Below are positions 48,281 through 61,361 of a DNA stretch of 64,000 nt, piece by piece. A program made the translations under genes and the position numbers. Origin of the DNA: Cetorhinus maximus (taxonomy: Eukaryota); the NCBI RefSeq assembly GCF_964194155.1, contig NC_135881.1, positions 117,986,001 through 118,050,000 of the forward strand, in the 5' to 3' direction. Each line of letters starts with the position of its first letter. Position 1 is the stretch's first letter. The notes under the pieces were generated by a model. That model did no database searches. It worked only from the letters and a program-made list of their open reading frames with translations, and had not been told where the DNA came from.

Positions 48281-49043
48281 TGGTGGAATTTAGTGTAATC
48301 CCTGCACCACCACACTGCCCCGCCTCCCCACCCCCACTGCCACCTTGGGAGCAGGTTGGGAGGCAGGAGGTGGCTGGATAATGGAGTATAAAGAGCCCGT
48401 CACCTTCCCGACTCCTCCCAATTAAGTCCAGGGCAGGAAAGTTCAAGGATGGCCTTCCCTCCTGGAGGCCAATTGAAGCCCTTAACCTGTCACCCCTGGC
48501 ATTGTACCAGTGGCAAGGATGCCATTGCCATGTGGGCAAGCCACCACATATACAGTGGCAGGCAATCGTGCAACCTGGCAGGGTCGTCCTTCCTATTTGG
48601 AAACCCTATGCCCAATGGAGGGATCCGGTGGTGGCAAGGGCTGTCCCCACAGGAAGATACCCCTGCCCCTTACACTGACCACCTCACCCTCCCACCACTC
48701 CACTCGCCGGGGAATGCCTGAATGGCCTTGGTGCATCCATTCCATTTAAATGTTTTCTGGGGCTCATTCGTCAATCCTTCTCCTGGGGTCCACTGAAGTA
48801 CCAGCAGTGGTTATTGCTTCTGGCTGTGCTGCTGGTTCTGAAGAGCTGCCAGCCTCTGATTAACCAACAGCTCTCAGAGGCAGGACATCCACCCTGGAGG
48901 ACTCAGGAGCCCCGACAGAAGACAGCAGATTGCCTGATTGGCCTTTCATTGCATCGAGGCACCCGGAAATGGCCACAGCAAGGGTGCCATCAGCTCTTCA
49001 GTTAGTGGATGGGCCCACCACCACAACTATTTAAATTCCGCCC
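48281..49043. mobile_element. Harbinger-type MITE inserted in a Penelope pLTR fragment (48205-48280 + 49044-49075)
   Basis: TIRs TGGTGGAATTTA / TAAATTCCGCCC; TSD AAT at 48278-48280 and 49044-49046; flanks rejoin as CAGAGTCAATGTTTCAGATGGATGATATTTCATCAGAA. Confidence 0.85.
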
Positions 49044-49299
49044 AATGTTTCAGATGGATGATATTTCATCAGAATGATATTTAATATGCAGGAGACTGAC
49101 ATGCCTGCCAGCCCTTGAGGCAACTGTGGTTCTCCTTCAGTTGTTAACTGTCACATACAGCAGGATGTAAGGTGGGTAGATGGTCTACATAATATTTTAT
49201 CTAAAGGTTATATAATGAACAAAATCAGACCAAAGGACTACCATTCCTCTGTTTGGAGCAAGAATGTGACAACTACAGTTTCTTTAAAAGCTGTATTGG

Positions 49300-50135
49300 T
49301 GAAAACAATAATTTCCTAGAATTGAACATTAAGAAGGCCAAAACTATTGTCCATGCACCACTTCCGCCACCATACCCCCACCTCCCCTACCTCCAACAAA
49401 CTCTGTTTCCCCTTCTGCTGACTTTATCCCGCTTCCCGTCCACTATCACAGACTGAACGAGGCTATTTGCAATTTCACAGTCTTGTCTGACGCTGAGCTG
49501 AGCTTCCATCCTCATAACCAGCTCTCCTTAATAAAGACTGACAACATCCAACTCCAAAACATCTTCCACCTATGCTCCTGCTTTAACCCGTCTGCTGCAG
49601 AAATCCTTATCCACTTCTTGATTTCACTGTTCCAATTCTCTTATGGCCAGCATCCCATCCTCTTTTTCTCTGCAAAAACTTAATCTCATCCAAATATGCA
49701 CAAAGTCCTACTCACCTATCACCCCTGTGCTTGCAGATCTGCATTAGGCCCCAGTTCATCAATATCCCAAATTTGAAATTCCCATCCTTTTGCTCAAATG
49801 CCTTCATAGTTTTAGTCTTCTCTGTATTTCTGTAACCACCTTCAGCCCAGCAATGCTCTGAGAACTACAACTCTAGCCTGCTACATATCCCACTCTCCTT
49901 TCATCCTTCGCAGTTGAATCTTCAATCATCTAGACCTGAAGTTCTAGAACACCCTTAGCCTCTGTACCTCTGTCTCCTTCTTTAACACCCTTGTTCAAAC
50001 CCATATTTTGACCAACATTTTAGTCACCCTTCCTAATATGGCCTTCTTTGGTTTGACAATAGCCTTTGGCAGATTATGCTTCTGTGGAATCATCATGAGA
50101 AGCTCCTGTGTTTAAATCTGCTATATAAATGTCTT
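49300..50135 (+). mobile_element. Old L2-like LINE 3' fragment
   Basis: Degenerate LNIKKAKTIV, DAELSFHPH, AAEILIH, ITPVLADLH; ends GCTATATAAATG. Confidence 0.6.
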
Positions 50136-50894
50136 GTCACTCATCACAGTCTAGTCATTAAACATGGGACCTCTCTGGCCCTTATGATTCAACTAATTGC
50201 TGAGTAAATTGAAAGGCATTTGCAATGCTTTAAATATCATTAAAAGCACTTTATTTATTTCAGTAACCTCTGCTTCTTGTTCTTACTCGTGAACTGTTGA
50301 TTTGCACACCAGCCTTTTGAGTTGATGTTTGTTTTCACTACTGCTAGATTTTTACAGGAGGGTTAGGATTTTAAAAGATGTGTTGAACTGCTCATTGATA
50401 CCAACATAAAAACGTTACGCCCTGCATGACACTTACACAGGCCCTGTGTTCTTGGGCCAGAGAGAAGGCTATGTCTCCCACCTGCTGAGGCAGACAGGTA
50501 TTACTTTCTTTGATGTGCTTTCTACTGAGCCTCATGCAGTCCTTCAGTGGCTCATTTAGTTGCATTCCTTCTCTCTCTCTCTGAAACTACTGTGGCTTAG
50601 AGAGCCCTGTAAATTATGTCCATTTTAATTTCCTGAATTGAAGCAGTTGTACATGAAAAATGGAAATTGTTGCAGGCTTATAACAGTAAATTTCACTCTT
50701 GTGTGAAAAGGCAATGGAGCTCTCTGCCTATTAACTTTTGTTTGATGAAATGCTATAAATAAAGTGACAGAATCAAGTTTTATATCTTCATCCTTAATTG
50801 TTTGCATTACCAGCGCTATACTATTACTGTGGAACTCATAAACATATACAACTGTAAGAAAGTCATTTTATTTTTTTTTAAAAATGATTATATT

Positions 50895-51630
50895 ACAACA
50901 ACAACAATTTGCATTTATATAACACCTATAATCAAATTAAATGTCCCGGGGGCTTCAATGGAGCATTATGAAATAAAATTTAACACTGTGTCACATACAG
51001 AGAAATTTGGGCAGATGGCCAAAAGCTTGCTCATAGAGGTAGGTTTTAAGGGCATCTTAAAGGAGGAAAGAGAGGTGGAGAAGTTTAGGGAGGGAATTCC
51101 AGAGCTTAATGTCCAGGCAGCTGAAGGCACGGCTACCAATGGTGGAATTAAAATCAGGGAAGTTCAAGAGGACAAAATTAGAGGATTACAGATACCTTGG
51201 AGGGTTATGAAGCTTGAGAAGATTAGAGATAGGGAAGGATTGGAAAACTAAGATGAGAATTTTAAAATCAAGGTGTTGCTTAACTGGGAGTCAATATAGG
51301 TAAGCAACCACAGGGGCAATGGATGAATGGGTTTTGGTGCAAATTAGGACATAGACAACAGAGTTTTGGATAAATGCAATTTATGAAGTGTAGAACATGG
51401 GTGCCAACTAGGAGTGCATTGGAAGTGGCAGTTCTAGGGGTAACAGAGGCATGGTTGAGTGTCTCATCAGCAGATAAGCTGAGGCAGGGACAGAGTCAGG
51501 CAATGTTACGGAGGTGGAAACGGACTGTCTTATTGCAGGTGCGGATGTGTAGTTCATCTTAGGGTCAAGTAAGACACCACAGTTGCTAACAGCCTGGTTT
51601 AGTCGTGGATAGTTGCCAGGGAGAGGACAC
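50895..51630 (-). mobile_element. L2-like LINE 3' fragment
   Basis: ACAACAACAACAATTTGCATTTATATAACACC is the reverse complement of a (TGT)n-tailed 3' end; body similar to the reverse complement of 49300-50135. Confidence 0.6.
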
Positions 51631-52663
51631 TTAAGAAGATATCAATGAGGTTGTGTGGCATATTGGGCTAAGAAGAATTGTCGATTGTGCTTTAACATCT
51701 TTGGTTAAGTTCCAGGCTGGACTGATGGGTTAAATACTTTTAGTTAATTTTTATTGTGTGTTCATCACTGGCAGCATACCCAAACTGAATAGCAAATACA
51801 AAAATATGTATATATTGCTGTGTATCTGCATTTAGAGACAGGCAGAACCACCAAATTAGATAGTTTCCTTTCCTGCCTCCAGAGGCCACAACCCAGTGTA
51901 AACTCTGGGGTACTATGCTTTCGGAGGTGAAAGTGATCAATAGACAAACTAATTGAAATAGTCAGGAGAAAACTTTTGTCTTCATTGGCTGGACAGTAAC
52001 CTAGTTTGCCAACTCATTGTACAACCCACTTCATTTTTGCTACATTCATTTCAATGGAATGAAACTGATAGTTCCTATGGCAAGTGAGTGGTCTGCTCAG
52101 GCAACCCAGTCAGGATATGAAGATGGCAATTTATCCCTAAAACCCTTGACAGCAAAGAAGCTTTTCCATCAGTAGGCTGCAAAGCCCTTCTTGAACACTG
52201 GGGAAGATAGAAACGTCAATGACACAGCCTGGAAATTTCCTCTTTAAAGCTATAGTGACAGAGCAGGAGCAGCTCTGAGGAAATTTGCAGCCATTTAGGA
52301 GACAGTTTTGGTGAATTCACTGGTCATAAGTCAATGTTGCAGAAAATGCAATGCCTCATAAGTAAAGTGGCTTTCGTAGCCACTGAACTGGGAACCAGCA
52401 TTGGAGAACAACCTCTGGAAGTAGTTCTCCTTTGTAAAGCAACTTAAATAAAATGAGTTAGGGTGATCTCAAATCATTCCCAGGTTTAGCAGGTCATAAC
52501 ACTAATCTAATTAGCACTAGCTGAGCAAGCTGACTCTATTATGTTAATGACAGATGTGGCGAGGAATGGAACACAATTTTTTCGTGCAGTGGGGCTTGCT
52601 CTTCCATGGTCTGAGCTAAACGGTGGTAATAGGCTTGTAAAGAAAGATTGATAATGATTCTAC

Positions 52664-53850
52664 GGACTGGATTTTTGTGAGGATGTGGGAAAGTTGCACC
52701 AGGAAATTTCCTAGCCCCGCAGACCCGTCCCCTTCAAACGAGCCCCCACCCACCATATTTTTACTCTGCGGGATTGTGGGTAGGATGGATTTGAGCCCAC
52801 CACCTCTAGAGGCAATTTGGAAGTGGCCATGGAAGCGGGTGAGTGAGGAGGTTAGAAGACACGCCTCGGTTTTCTCAGACTGGCCCATTTGTAGTATAGG
52901 CAGTTAGGCCCTCTAGCTCATGCCCTTCACACCTCCTCAGCAGCCCGCCCTACCCCCATGCCTCCTCCATGTGTCTCATGTCCCCTTACAACCCTATATA
53001 TAGAACCAATGAACCAGAACCAATAACAGTGGCGTGTTTGAAATGCTCATGAAAAAAATCCAAAGAACACCCAAAAAAAATCTACTTTCAAAAAAACTGC
53101 TGCTCTTCCAAATTTATAAAAGTGTCGATTAGATGCAGCCATTGATAGTATCAAAACAGAAGCTTTCCCCCTTCACACCTATTAATCTTGTTCAAATAAA
53201 CATGCAGACATTGAGATACCACATTAAATAAAATAATAACTTCTTAAACCTCATAAAGATGTCAATCAGTCGAAGCTAACACTCCCCCTCAAGCTGACTA
53301 AACAGATCCCCTGCTGAGCTGATTCCAGTAGTGAGTCTTGGAGCTCAGCCAAACATTCATAATGAGACCACCTGGAGAAACAAATGTCTGGCCATCTGAT
53401 AAAGGGGGTATAAGATGGCATTAAGGGGGCATGGGGAAATGAAGGGGGATGGAGAGGATATGATAGGGTATAGGGGATATAAGGGGACATGGGGATATGA
53501 GTGGAGAAGGGAGGAGGGAATGGAGGGGCATGGGTAAGACCTTTTAGACTTAGCTGTCAAAATGTTCCTGAACCTAGACTATGGTTCAAGGCTGCTCTGA
53601 GGAGTTGTGAACCATGAGTCCTTGAGAAGCTGGCCCCACTCCATGAAAATTGTGGGTGGTGTGATATGCCTAACCCAAAATGGAGCCAGCCGGGTTGGGA
53701 GTGCAGGATACAGGCTCACAACTGGTACCCTTATCCCAGGCCAGCAATAACTGCCAGCACCAGAAATGGGGTCAGGAATCCACAAATTGGGTCCTGCCTG
53801 TCATTTTTAAAGGCCTCTGGAGTTGGCCTGATTCTGTGAAACTCTCGGCC
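52664..53850. mobile_element. Non-autonomous Harbinger-type element
   Basis: Termini GGACTGGATTTT / AAACTCTCGGCC; TSD TAC at 52661-52663 and 53851-53853. Confidence 0.6.
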
Positions 53851-54507
53851 TACAAATTCATGCTGCTAGTATGATAAACTGAATAGACAGAAATCACTGA
53901 TCTGTGTGCCTGAATTTTTAACATGCGCTTCCAGCAGTATTTCCCAAAATTCAACACTAATCAGTATTGTACCTAACCTGAGAATGCTTATTGTTGTCTC
54001 TAGACAAAAAATATCACTAAAAATGTGCTCTTCAACATCATCCTCAATCAGTTTACAAGCAGAGGAAAGGAAAACATTTTTCTCCAGTGTTAGGTAGCAT
54101 TGCTGATTTGAGGAATCACTGATGAGGCAAGTTAGCTTGGCAGAATGGCCTTTACTCACTATGACCCAATGTTTCCCTATATATTTAGGTCTAATTTTCC
54201 ATCTTTAATTTTCCCTCCACTGTTCTCCATTTGCTACTCAAGTTGAACAGTTGGCATGTATTTTGTATTGTTCTATGGCTAGGCCAAAGCTAGGTATCTT
54301 CCATAATGCTGGGTCATAACTGTGCTCAAACAGCTTGGTTAGGGGAGCAGCTAGCTCGAGGTGCACAAGTCTTCAACACCACAACCAGTATATTTTTGTG
54401 CACTCAGACTTGTCTTAATGCAAAGTGGAGTGAATTGAATTATATAGACACTGGAATTAACGAAGATGGGAGCCGTTGAAGGATGCCAAATATAATTTTT
54501 GCTGCAG

Positions 54508-55866
54508 AGGCTGTATTTTCCCGATTCAACAGATCCACCTCGGTAGAAAGTATTCCTTCAGATCCCGTTTTCGCTCTGGGGGAGCCGAGGTGTGATACAG
54601 TTGGGCCCACCACCACCAGATGCAGAACAGAGGTGGCCACAGGGGATGCCAAATGTTGAGATGAGCTGATTAAAAGGCCGGCTCGGTTCTTGGGGACTTT
54701 GTCTCAGTTGTTTCATTAAATTTTAGGCTTTCTAACCCTCACCCCTCATACCAGCATTGACTCCCCAAGCCACCACCATACCCTCCTACCAACTTAATGC
54801 CAACCCTTGCACCCCACCCACCGCCATGGTTCCTTATAGCCCCCTGCCAACATAAGGCCAACTCATGCCAACCCATACCACCCTTAGGCCTTACACCCTC
54901 CATGCCAACTCAACCAGTATTAACCATGGACAGACTTCAGGAGTCATGTTGAGATTAAACAAAATAAAGGTCTAAATTCCTATCACAATCTTAACTATAT
55001 GAAAAAAGCTCCCACTCATGAAAGCCCATTCAAAACTTCTAAATCTCCTCAAGTGCTTAATCTCTTTCAAATATAAACTTCTATTCATAAACCTACATCA
55101 AAGACAGTTAATTGTTTGATAAACACTTTCAGCTGTCAATCAAACAGTGAACTTAGGACACCCCTTCTGACATAATTATAGCTTTTGGAAAACAACCAAC
55201 TGTCACAATGACATAATGATGGCACTTGGGAAAATGTCAACAAACAACTATTGTCACTCCTAGAACAGAGTTATTTGAACTCTCACTGACATCGGTAACC
55301 TGTTTTTTTTTAGTTTTTAAAGGGCTGGGGAATTAAATAATTTCCCAAAATGACAGTTCTACAGATCTTATCCGCCCTTCAAGAGCATTTATGTCTACTC
55401 TAAAAATTTGTGACTCCCACACTGCGGGTTGAGGCCCTTGTTACAGTGAAAATGCTGTTCGTTTGAACTCAGCACTGAAAGCTCTGAAAGCTGAAAGAGA
55501 GAAAACTGAAAGCTGCAGCACAGAGGGATTTGGGGGCCCTCAGGCATGAATCACAAAAAGCTAGCATGCAAGTTCAGCAGGTAAAAGGGAAGGCAAATGG
55601 AATGTTGGCCTTTATTTCAAAGGGAATGAAGTATAAAAATAGGAAGGTCTTGCTAAAACTATCCAAGGCACTAATTAGACCACACCTAGAATACTGTGAA
55701 CAGTTTTGGTCCCCTTATCTAAGGTTTTCTCTCATGTCTGAAGCACACCCTGCCATTTTCTACCACCGGAGAAGATCTGTTGTAAAAGGAGGCGGCACTT
55801 CCACATGCGGGTCCTGCCATTTTTAAAAGTCCACAGAGTCTCCATAAGTCCGCAAAATTCCAGGCC
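54508..55866. mobile_element. Non-autonomous Harbinger-type element containing a CR1 fragment (55500-55725)
   Basis: Termini AGGCTGTATTTT / AAAATTCCAGGCC; internal similarity to the reverse complement of 61362-62720. Confidence 0.6.
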
Positions 55867-56412
55867 TAGATGTTTGAAAACTCTTCAGGCTTGTTTTTCA
55901 CATTTGTGCGATGATTTGCCAGCTCCTTGAAAGCTATCGAATCAGTCCCACTCCACCATTTCTCCATAGCTCTGCAAAGATTTCCTTTTTAAGTATATGT
56001 TAAACTCCCTTTTGAAAGCTACTATTGAATCCGCTTCCGCCACACTCTCAGGCAGTGCATTCCAGATCACAACAACTCGCGACATAAAATAAATTCTCCC
56101 CATCTTGCTTATGGTTCATTTGCCAATTTCATTAAATCTGTATCCTCTGGTTACCACTCCTCTTACCAGTAGATATTGTTTTTCCTTATCTACTCTATCA
56201 AAACCCCTCCCAATATTTTCTCATGTTCCTGGTACCATTTTGGTAAATTCTCTACCTTGCTTTCCTCCTTAAGTCACTTCTTAAAATCTATTTCTTTAAC
56301 CAAGCTTTTTGTCATTTGACCTAATTATTAATTGTATCAATTGATATTAAGTGCATTCCGGTGCAAGGCATTGATTGGATGCTACTTGAGCACACGTAAA
56401 GAGACACGTAGA

Positions 56413-57920
56413 TCTTGTGACACTGTGGTAACATTCCTACCCATGGGCCAGAAGCTCCAGGTTTAGGTCCCACTTCAGGACTTGATGGCCATGGAAGGTG
56501 TGTTCATAATGTGGCCATTCAGGTGGATTATCAGCCTATAAATCCTCCCAGCATGCCTGATGGCAGGCACTAAGAGCAGGAGAGACTCCATAAGACCAAA
56601 AGATGTAGGAGCAGAAGTAGGCCATTCAGCCCATCAGGTCTGCTCCGCCATTCAATGAGACCATGGCTGATCTGATAGTCCTCAATTCTACTTTGCTACC
56701 TTTTCCCCATAACCCTTGGTTCCCTTATTGATTAAAAATCTGCCTATCTCAGCCTTGAATATACTTAACGACCCAACCTCTACAGCTCTCTGCGGTAAGG
56801 AATTCCACAGATTCACTACTGAGAGAAGAAATTCCTCCTCATCTCTGTCTTAAATGGGTGACCCCCTTACTCTGAGATTATGCCCACTGTTCATAGACTC
56901 TCCCCCAAGGGGAAACAACCCCTCAGCATTTACCCTGTCAAGCCCTCTAAGAATCTTATATGTTTCAATAAGGCTGCCTCTCATTCTTCTAAACTCCAAT
57001 GAATACAGGCCCAACCTACTCAACTTCTCCACATAAGAAAATCCATCCATACCCAGGATCAACCTAGTGAACCTTCTCTGGACTGCCTCCAATGCCAATA
57101 TATCTTTCCTTAGATAAGGGGACCAAAACTGATCACACTATTCTAGGTGTGGTCTAATTAGTGCCTTGTATAGATTTAGCAAGACTTTCCTAATTTTATA
57201 CTCCATTCCCTTTGAAATAAAGGCCAACATTTCATTTCCCTTCCCAATTACCTGCTGAACTTGTATGATAGCTTTTTGTGATTCATGCATGAGGGCACCC
57301 AAATACTCTGTGCTGCAGCTTTCTGCAGTCTTTCTCCATTTAAATAATATTCAGCTCCTCTATTCTTCCTGCCAAAGTGCATAACCTCACATGTTCTCAC
57401 ATTTTATTCTGCCAAGTTTTTGCCCACTCACTTAACCTGTCTATATCCCTCTGTAGACTCTTTGTGTCATCCTCGCCATGTGCCTTCCTACCTATTTTTG
57501 TGTCATCTTCAAACTTGGCAATAGTACATTCACTTTCCTCATCCAAGTCATTAATATATATTGTAAATAATTGTGGTCCCAGCACTGATCCCTGTGGCAC
57601 TCCACTAGTTACAGGTTGCCATCCTGAAAATGCCCCCCTTATCCCAACTCTCTGTCTTCTATTAGTTAGCCAATCCTCTATCTATGCTGATATACTACCC
57701 TCAACACATGGGCTCTTATCTTATTAAGTAGCCTTAGGTGCAGTACCTTATCAAACGCCTTTTGGAAATCTAAATATATTACATCTACTGGTTCCCCTCA
57801 GCCATGCTATAGAAGGCAACGGCAAACCACTTTAGTACTTCGCCAAGTATAATCATGGACTAATCCAGTAGAAGTCTATGGCTGCCAATGTCCTCTTATG
57901 GCATGGTACCTGAAGAAGGA
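56413..57920 (+). mobile_element. tRNA-derived SINE with RTE-like 3' part, split by a CR1
   Basis: Head GTGGTAACATTCCTACC...GGTTTAGGTCCCAC at 56413-56590; tail GAAGGCAACGGCAAACCACTTTAGTACTTCGCCAAG at ~57810-57850. Confidence 0.5.
56590..57798 (-). mobile_element. 5'-truncated CR1 LINE
   Basis: ORFs 57397-57600 (PQGSVLGPQLFTIYINDL...FEDDTK) and 56850-57098 (VQRRFTRLI...LYSLEFRRMRG). Confidence 0.92.
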
Positions 57921-58704
57921 GGATAATATGTAAATAGATACTTACTGACAAAGGAGTAGAATGGAGTCAGGAGATATATACCTGCAATGTTTCATTCTAT
58001 GAATAAATCTATTCCAAGTAAAGCCTTGCTCTGGTTTCTTCTTTCACCAATTATCTATCAGGAGTATAACAATGATAACTCCTTATGTGGTTCGGCATCA
58101 TATTTTGTTTTTGTTGTTGTTATTGTAAATCTCTTCTATATGTTCTCTGCACCTATTCGAGGTTGGTACTCAGAATTGGACACAATATTCTCACTGAGAC
58201 TCAACCAATATTTTATGAAGGGTTATCATAACATACTTGCACTTGTGTTCTGTGCATCTACTTAGAAAGTCAAGGATCTCATGCACATTTTTAGCAGCTT
58301 TATCATTTTGCCTTTAAGGCGAGAATCTTTGTTTATTGATTCTGTAAAACTTTGATTCTATAAAACTCAGAAAATCAACCCTATCTGTTATAATTTTTTA
58401 ATGATTTTTTAATGAGGGAAGTAATTGAGTTACTCTTGAAACTGATGTAAGTTTGAATATAGGGGGTAATTTTATGGTTTTGTACCCATATTTTCAACAA
58501 ATATGAAGTCCTATGGGCCCATTGATCTCTACGTCCACAAAATTCCTCATGCATGTTCTTGTTGGAGAAAGCATTTCTTCGAGAGCAGAAATTCATAAGA
58601 TTCACCATGTAGCTTTTGCATTTACCATATGTGGATATATGTGAAAAGATTTTCCATATTTTATGTTGCAAAGTAGATGAATTATTGTGATGATTTTATT
58701 ACAG

Positions 58705-58971
58705 ACACTTTCCAAACCCCACGAGCAGCTTCAACAGCCTGAAAGCCACCCTGAGGAGACAGAAGAAGAACTCTGCCAACAGCAGGCTATACAGGAGGAT
58801 GAGGGGCCTCCCTGTCATAGCAACAAGAGCCACAGCAATGGCACCTATGAGAGACCAACAGGAGAACTTCAGCCAAACATTGTGCAGGTGAAACAGGAGC
58901 CCCCAGACAGCGATGATGAAATCCAATTCAAACAGAGCGATCCTGAGGAGAAGGCAACATTTTTCCACCAG
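58705..58971 (+). CDS. HDAC9: HDAC9-like coding exon, 267 bp, phase 0/0
   Basis: Acceptor TTTTATTACAG|, donor |GTAAGT; encodes TLSKPHEQLQQPESHPEETEEEL...VQVKQEPPDSDDE...KATFFHQ. Confidence 0.93.
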
Positions 58972-59249
58972 GTAAGTAAAAAATTACATAATCTACTAAT
59001 GTTCAAAAAGAAGCCAGAGAAAGTCAGCAGCCTGAGTAACTTCAGCACTTGCCAGTGTTGTCAGCAGCAGTGAGATGTATGGTCAAGAAGAGTGACACAG
59101 ATTTTAAACTTATTGAATTGTATGGAGCTGTGTTTGTTAGTATCATATCTTCACACATACTTTTCCCCTCTTTTGGGGAGGTGTTAGAAGGATTAGCAGA
59201 CTGATTATCAACCTGTTGAACCACACTATTAACACTCCTTTCATAGCCA

Positions 59250-59328
59250 ACAAGTCATGGAGCAGGACTTGAACTTGTAGCTTCTGGCTTAGAGGCAGGG
59301 GCACGATCTTACTGAACTACAAGACCTC
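59250..59328 (-). mobile_element. tRNA-derived SINE head
   Basis: Minus strand GGTCTTGTAGTTCAGTAAGATCGTGCCCCTGCCTCTAAGCCAGAAGCTACAAGTTCAAGTCCTGCTCC, related to the head at 56413. Confidence 0.55.
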
Positions 59329-60259
59329 ACAGTTATTAGAGTAAGCTACCTCAAAACACGTTGCATTGTTGAACCAAAATGAATTAGCATTCTTTGTAGG
59401 TGACATTTTGCAAAGTAATGATGTTGGCTATTTGCTGAAGGTAAGGCCCAAGGTCAGCCACATTTTGTATTACCTCAACCCTGAGGTTTCAGCATTGTGT
59501 TGAACACATGCACTAGACAGACAGTGAAGTGTGGTAGTGATGAGTGCAGAATAGGATATGGAAACAATTGTCACTCTAGACCAATGGTTAAACTATATTG
59601 ACAACTGGTGTATAGCAGGATGTAAAGTTGTTCCATGGCTGGCAAAATTCACACATGTGTGCAACTCTCATGAATTACATGGACCTATTCCACTCAATTA
59701 TATTTTTTTCTGAAACTTGATCCTACTGCAGTTGCCAATCTTCTAGCACATATTTCTGGAGAATTGATCATGTGACGCCTATCCATTTTACATCAATCAT
59801 ATTATAATATGATTGTTCGATCATATGATACTTACCCACAGTTTGCAAATATTACTGTATTTAATCTCACAAAGGTTGGTCCACAGTAGTTGAGTATCTT
59901 TGTTGACAGCCTTGCGCCACCTTGTGTGAGAGGTTTTGTGAACCAGGAGGCTTCTCGCAGTCGGAAAGATATACACAGGGGCAAACCACAGGCGAGAAGC
60001 CCCACTTGTCTCCCTGATTTCCAACAGTAGTATTGAATGGTTCTAAAGCATTTGATTTGAAAGTTAATACATCAATATTTGTACTTTGCTGATCATAATG
60101 GTTGTGATCTAACATTGAGCCAGAGTCGTTTGATGGCTAAACAAATTTGCTTACTTGCATTCGTTAAAACTGTCATGTTGAAGTCTAGTGAAGGAAAATG
60201 GGCTGAGTTGATTTCATACAGGTTAATTTAAAATATGAGGACCACTCATGAATATAGCA

Positions 60260-60648
60260 ACATAGGAACATGGGACTTAGGAGCACGAGTAAGCCATTCG
60301 ACCCCTCAAGCCTGCTGCGCCCTTCAATAGGATCATGGCTGATCTGGTTGTGATCTGAACTCCACTTTCCTGTCTGCCCCCCATAATCCTTAACTCCCTT
60401 GTCTATCAAAAATCTGTCTAACTATGCCCTGAATAAATTGAATGACCCAGCCTCCATTGCATTCTGGGGAAGAGAATTTCACAGACTAAAGACCCTCTGG
60501 AAGAAAAAATTTCTCCTCATCTCCATCTTAAAAGGGAGATACCTTATTGTTAAACTGTGCCCCCTAGTTCTTGCCTCCCCCATGAGTGGAAACATCATCC
60601 TTGTATCTGTCCTATCAAGTCCGCCGGGGATCTTATATGTTTATAGGA
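60260..60648 (-). mobile_element. CR1 3' end
   Basis: CATAGGAACAT tail and 3' UTR/ORF2 C-terminus collinear with 5730-6110. Confidence 0.85.
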
Positions 60649-61361
60649 TATATTTTATATTTATATTTTATATTCTATATGAATGAAGCATATTGTACTG
60701 TATTCTTAAATTTTCAAGTCCACCTGTTTCCTTTGGGGTTCATGTATTCATCCAAGCTAGAATAGGAAAGATCATGCTGTCGGCACACACTTTCCTTGGT
60801 TTAGGATAGCATGAGGTATGAAATTATTCTGTCAAAGAAGCAACATTTTGTTCTTTTCCCAGCATCCACAGCAGCAGAGAAACCACTGTATCCCTAATGC
60901 CATGCAAGTGCATTTGGGTGCTGCTAAAGTGACAGGGCCAATAGAACGGTGCTAGACTACCCTCTGTCCTCTGCCTGGAGCGTCAATGGAATTAACTACC
61001 TATTGTCTCTAATTACAAACAAAAACACAGGCATAATTTTAAAGCTATTTCTCTCTATTTTATCAGGAGAGCTTTTTCTGACAACAACGAATGACTTGTT
61101 AACTGAATAGTTCCTCAAAGTCCTGAAGATAGCCAATGTAACAGACTTTACTGAATCCTGCTGTGCCTCATAACCTTGCAGAAAATATAGCTGACATGAA
61201 AAATATGATAGCTATGTATAGTATTTTGATTTATAGAAATAAGCTTGTATTATAACTTATTAAAACTAGAGAAGAATGCAGAGGCACTTGTAAATGAGGG
61301 CAAGCATTCTGAATTCCTACATTGGAGCATAGAAAAGGATTGTTGTTGGAGTGTAGAACAT

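Noticed and set aside
50802-51251. 149-aa ORF
   Set aside because: Antisense reading of an L2-like 3' fragment; no HDAC similarity or splice support.
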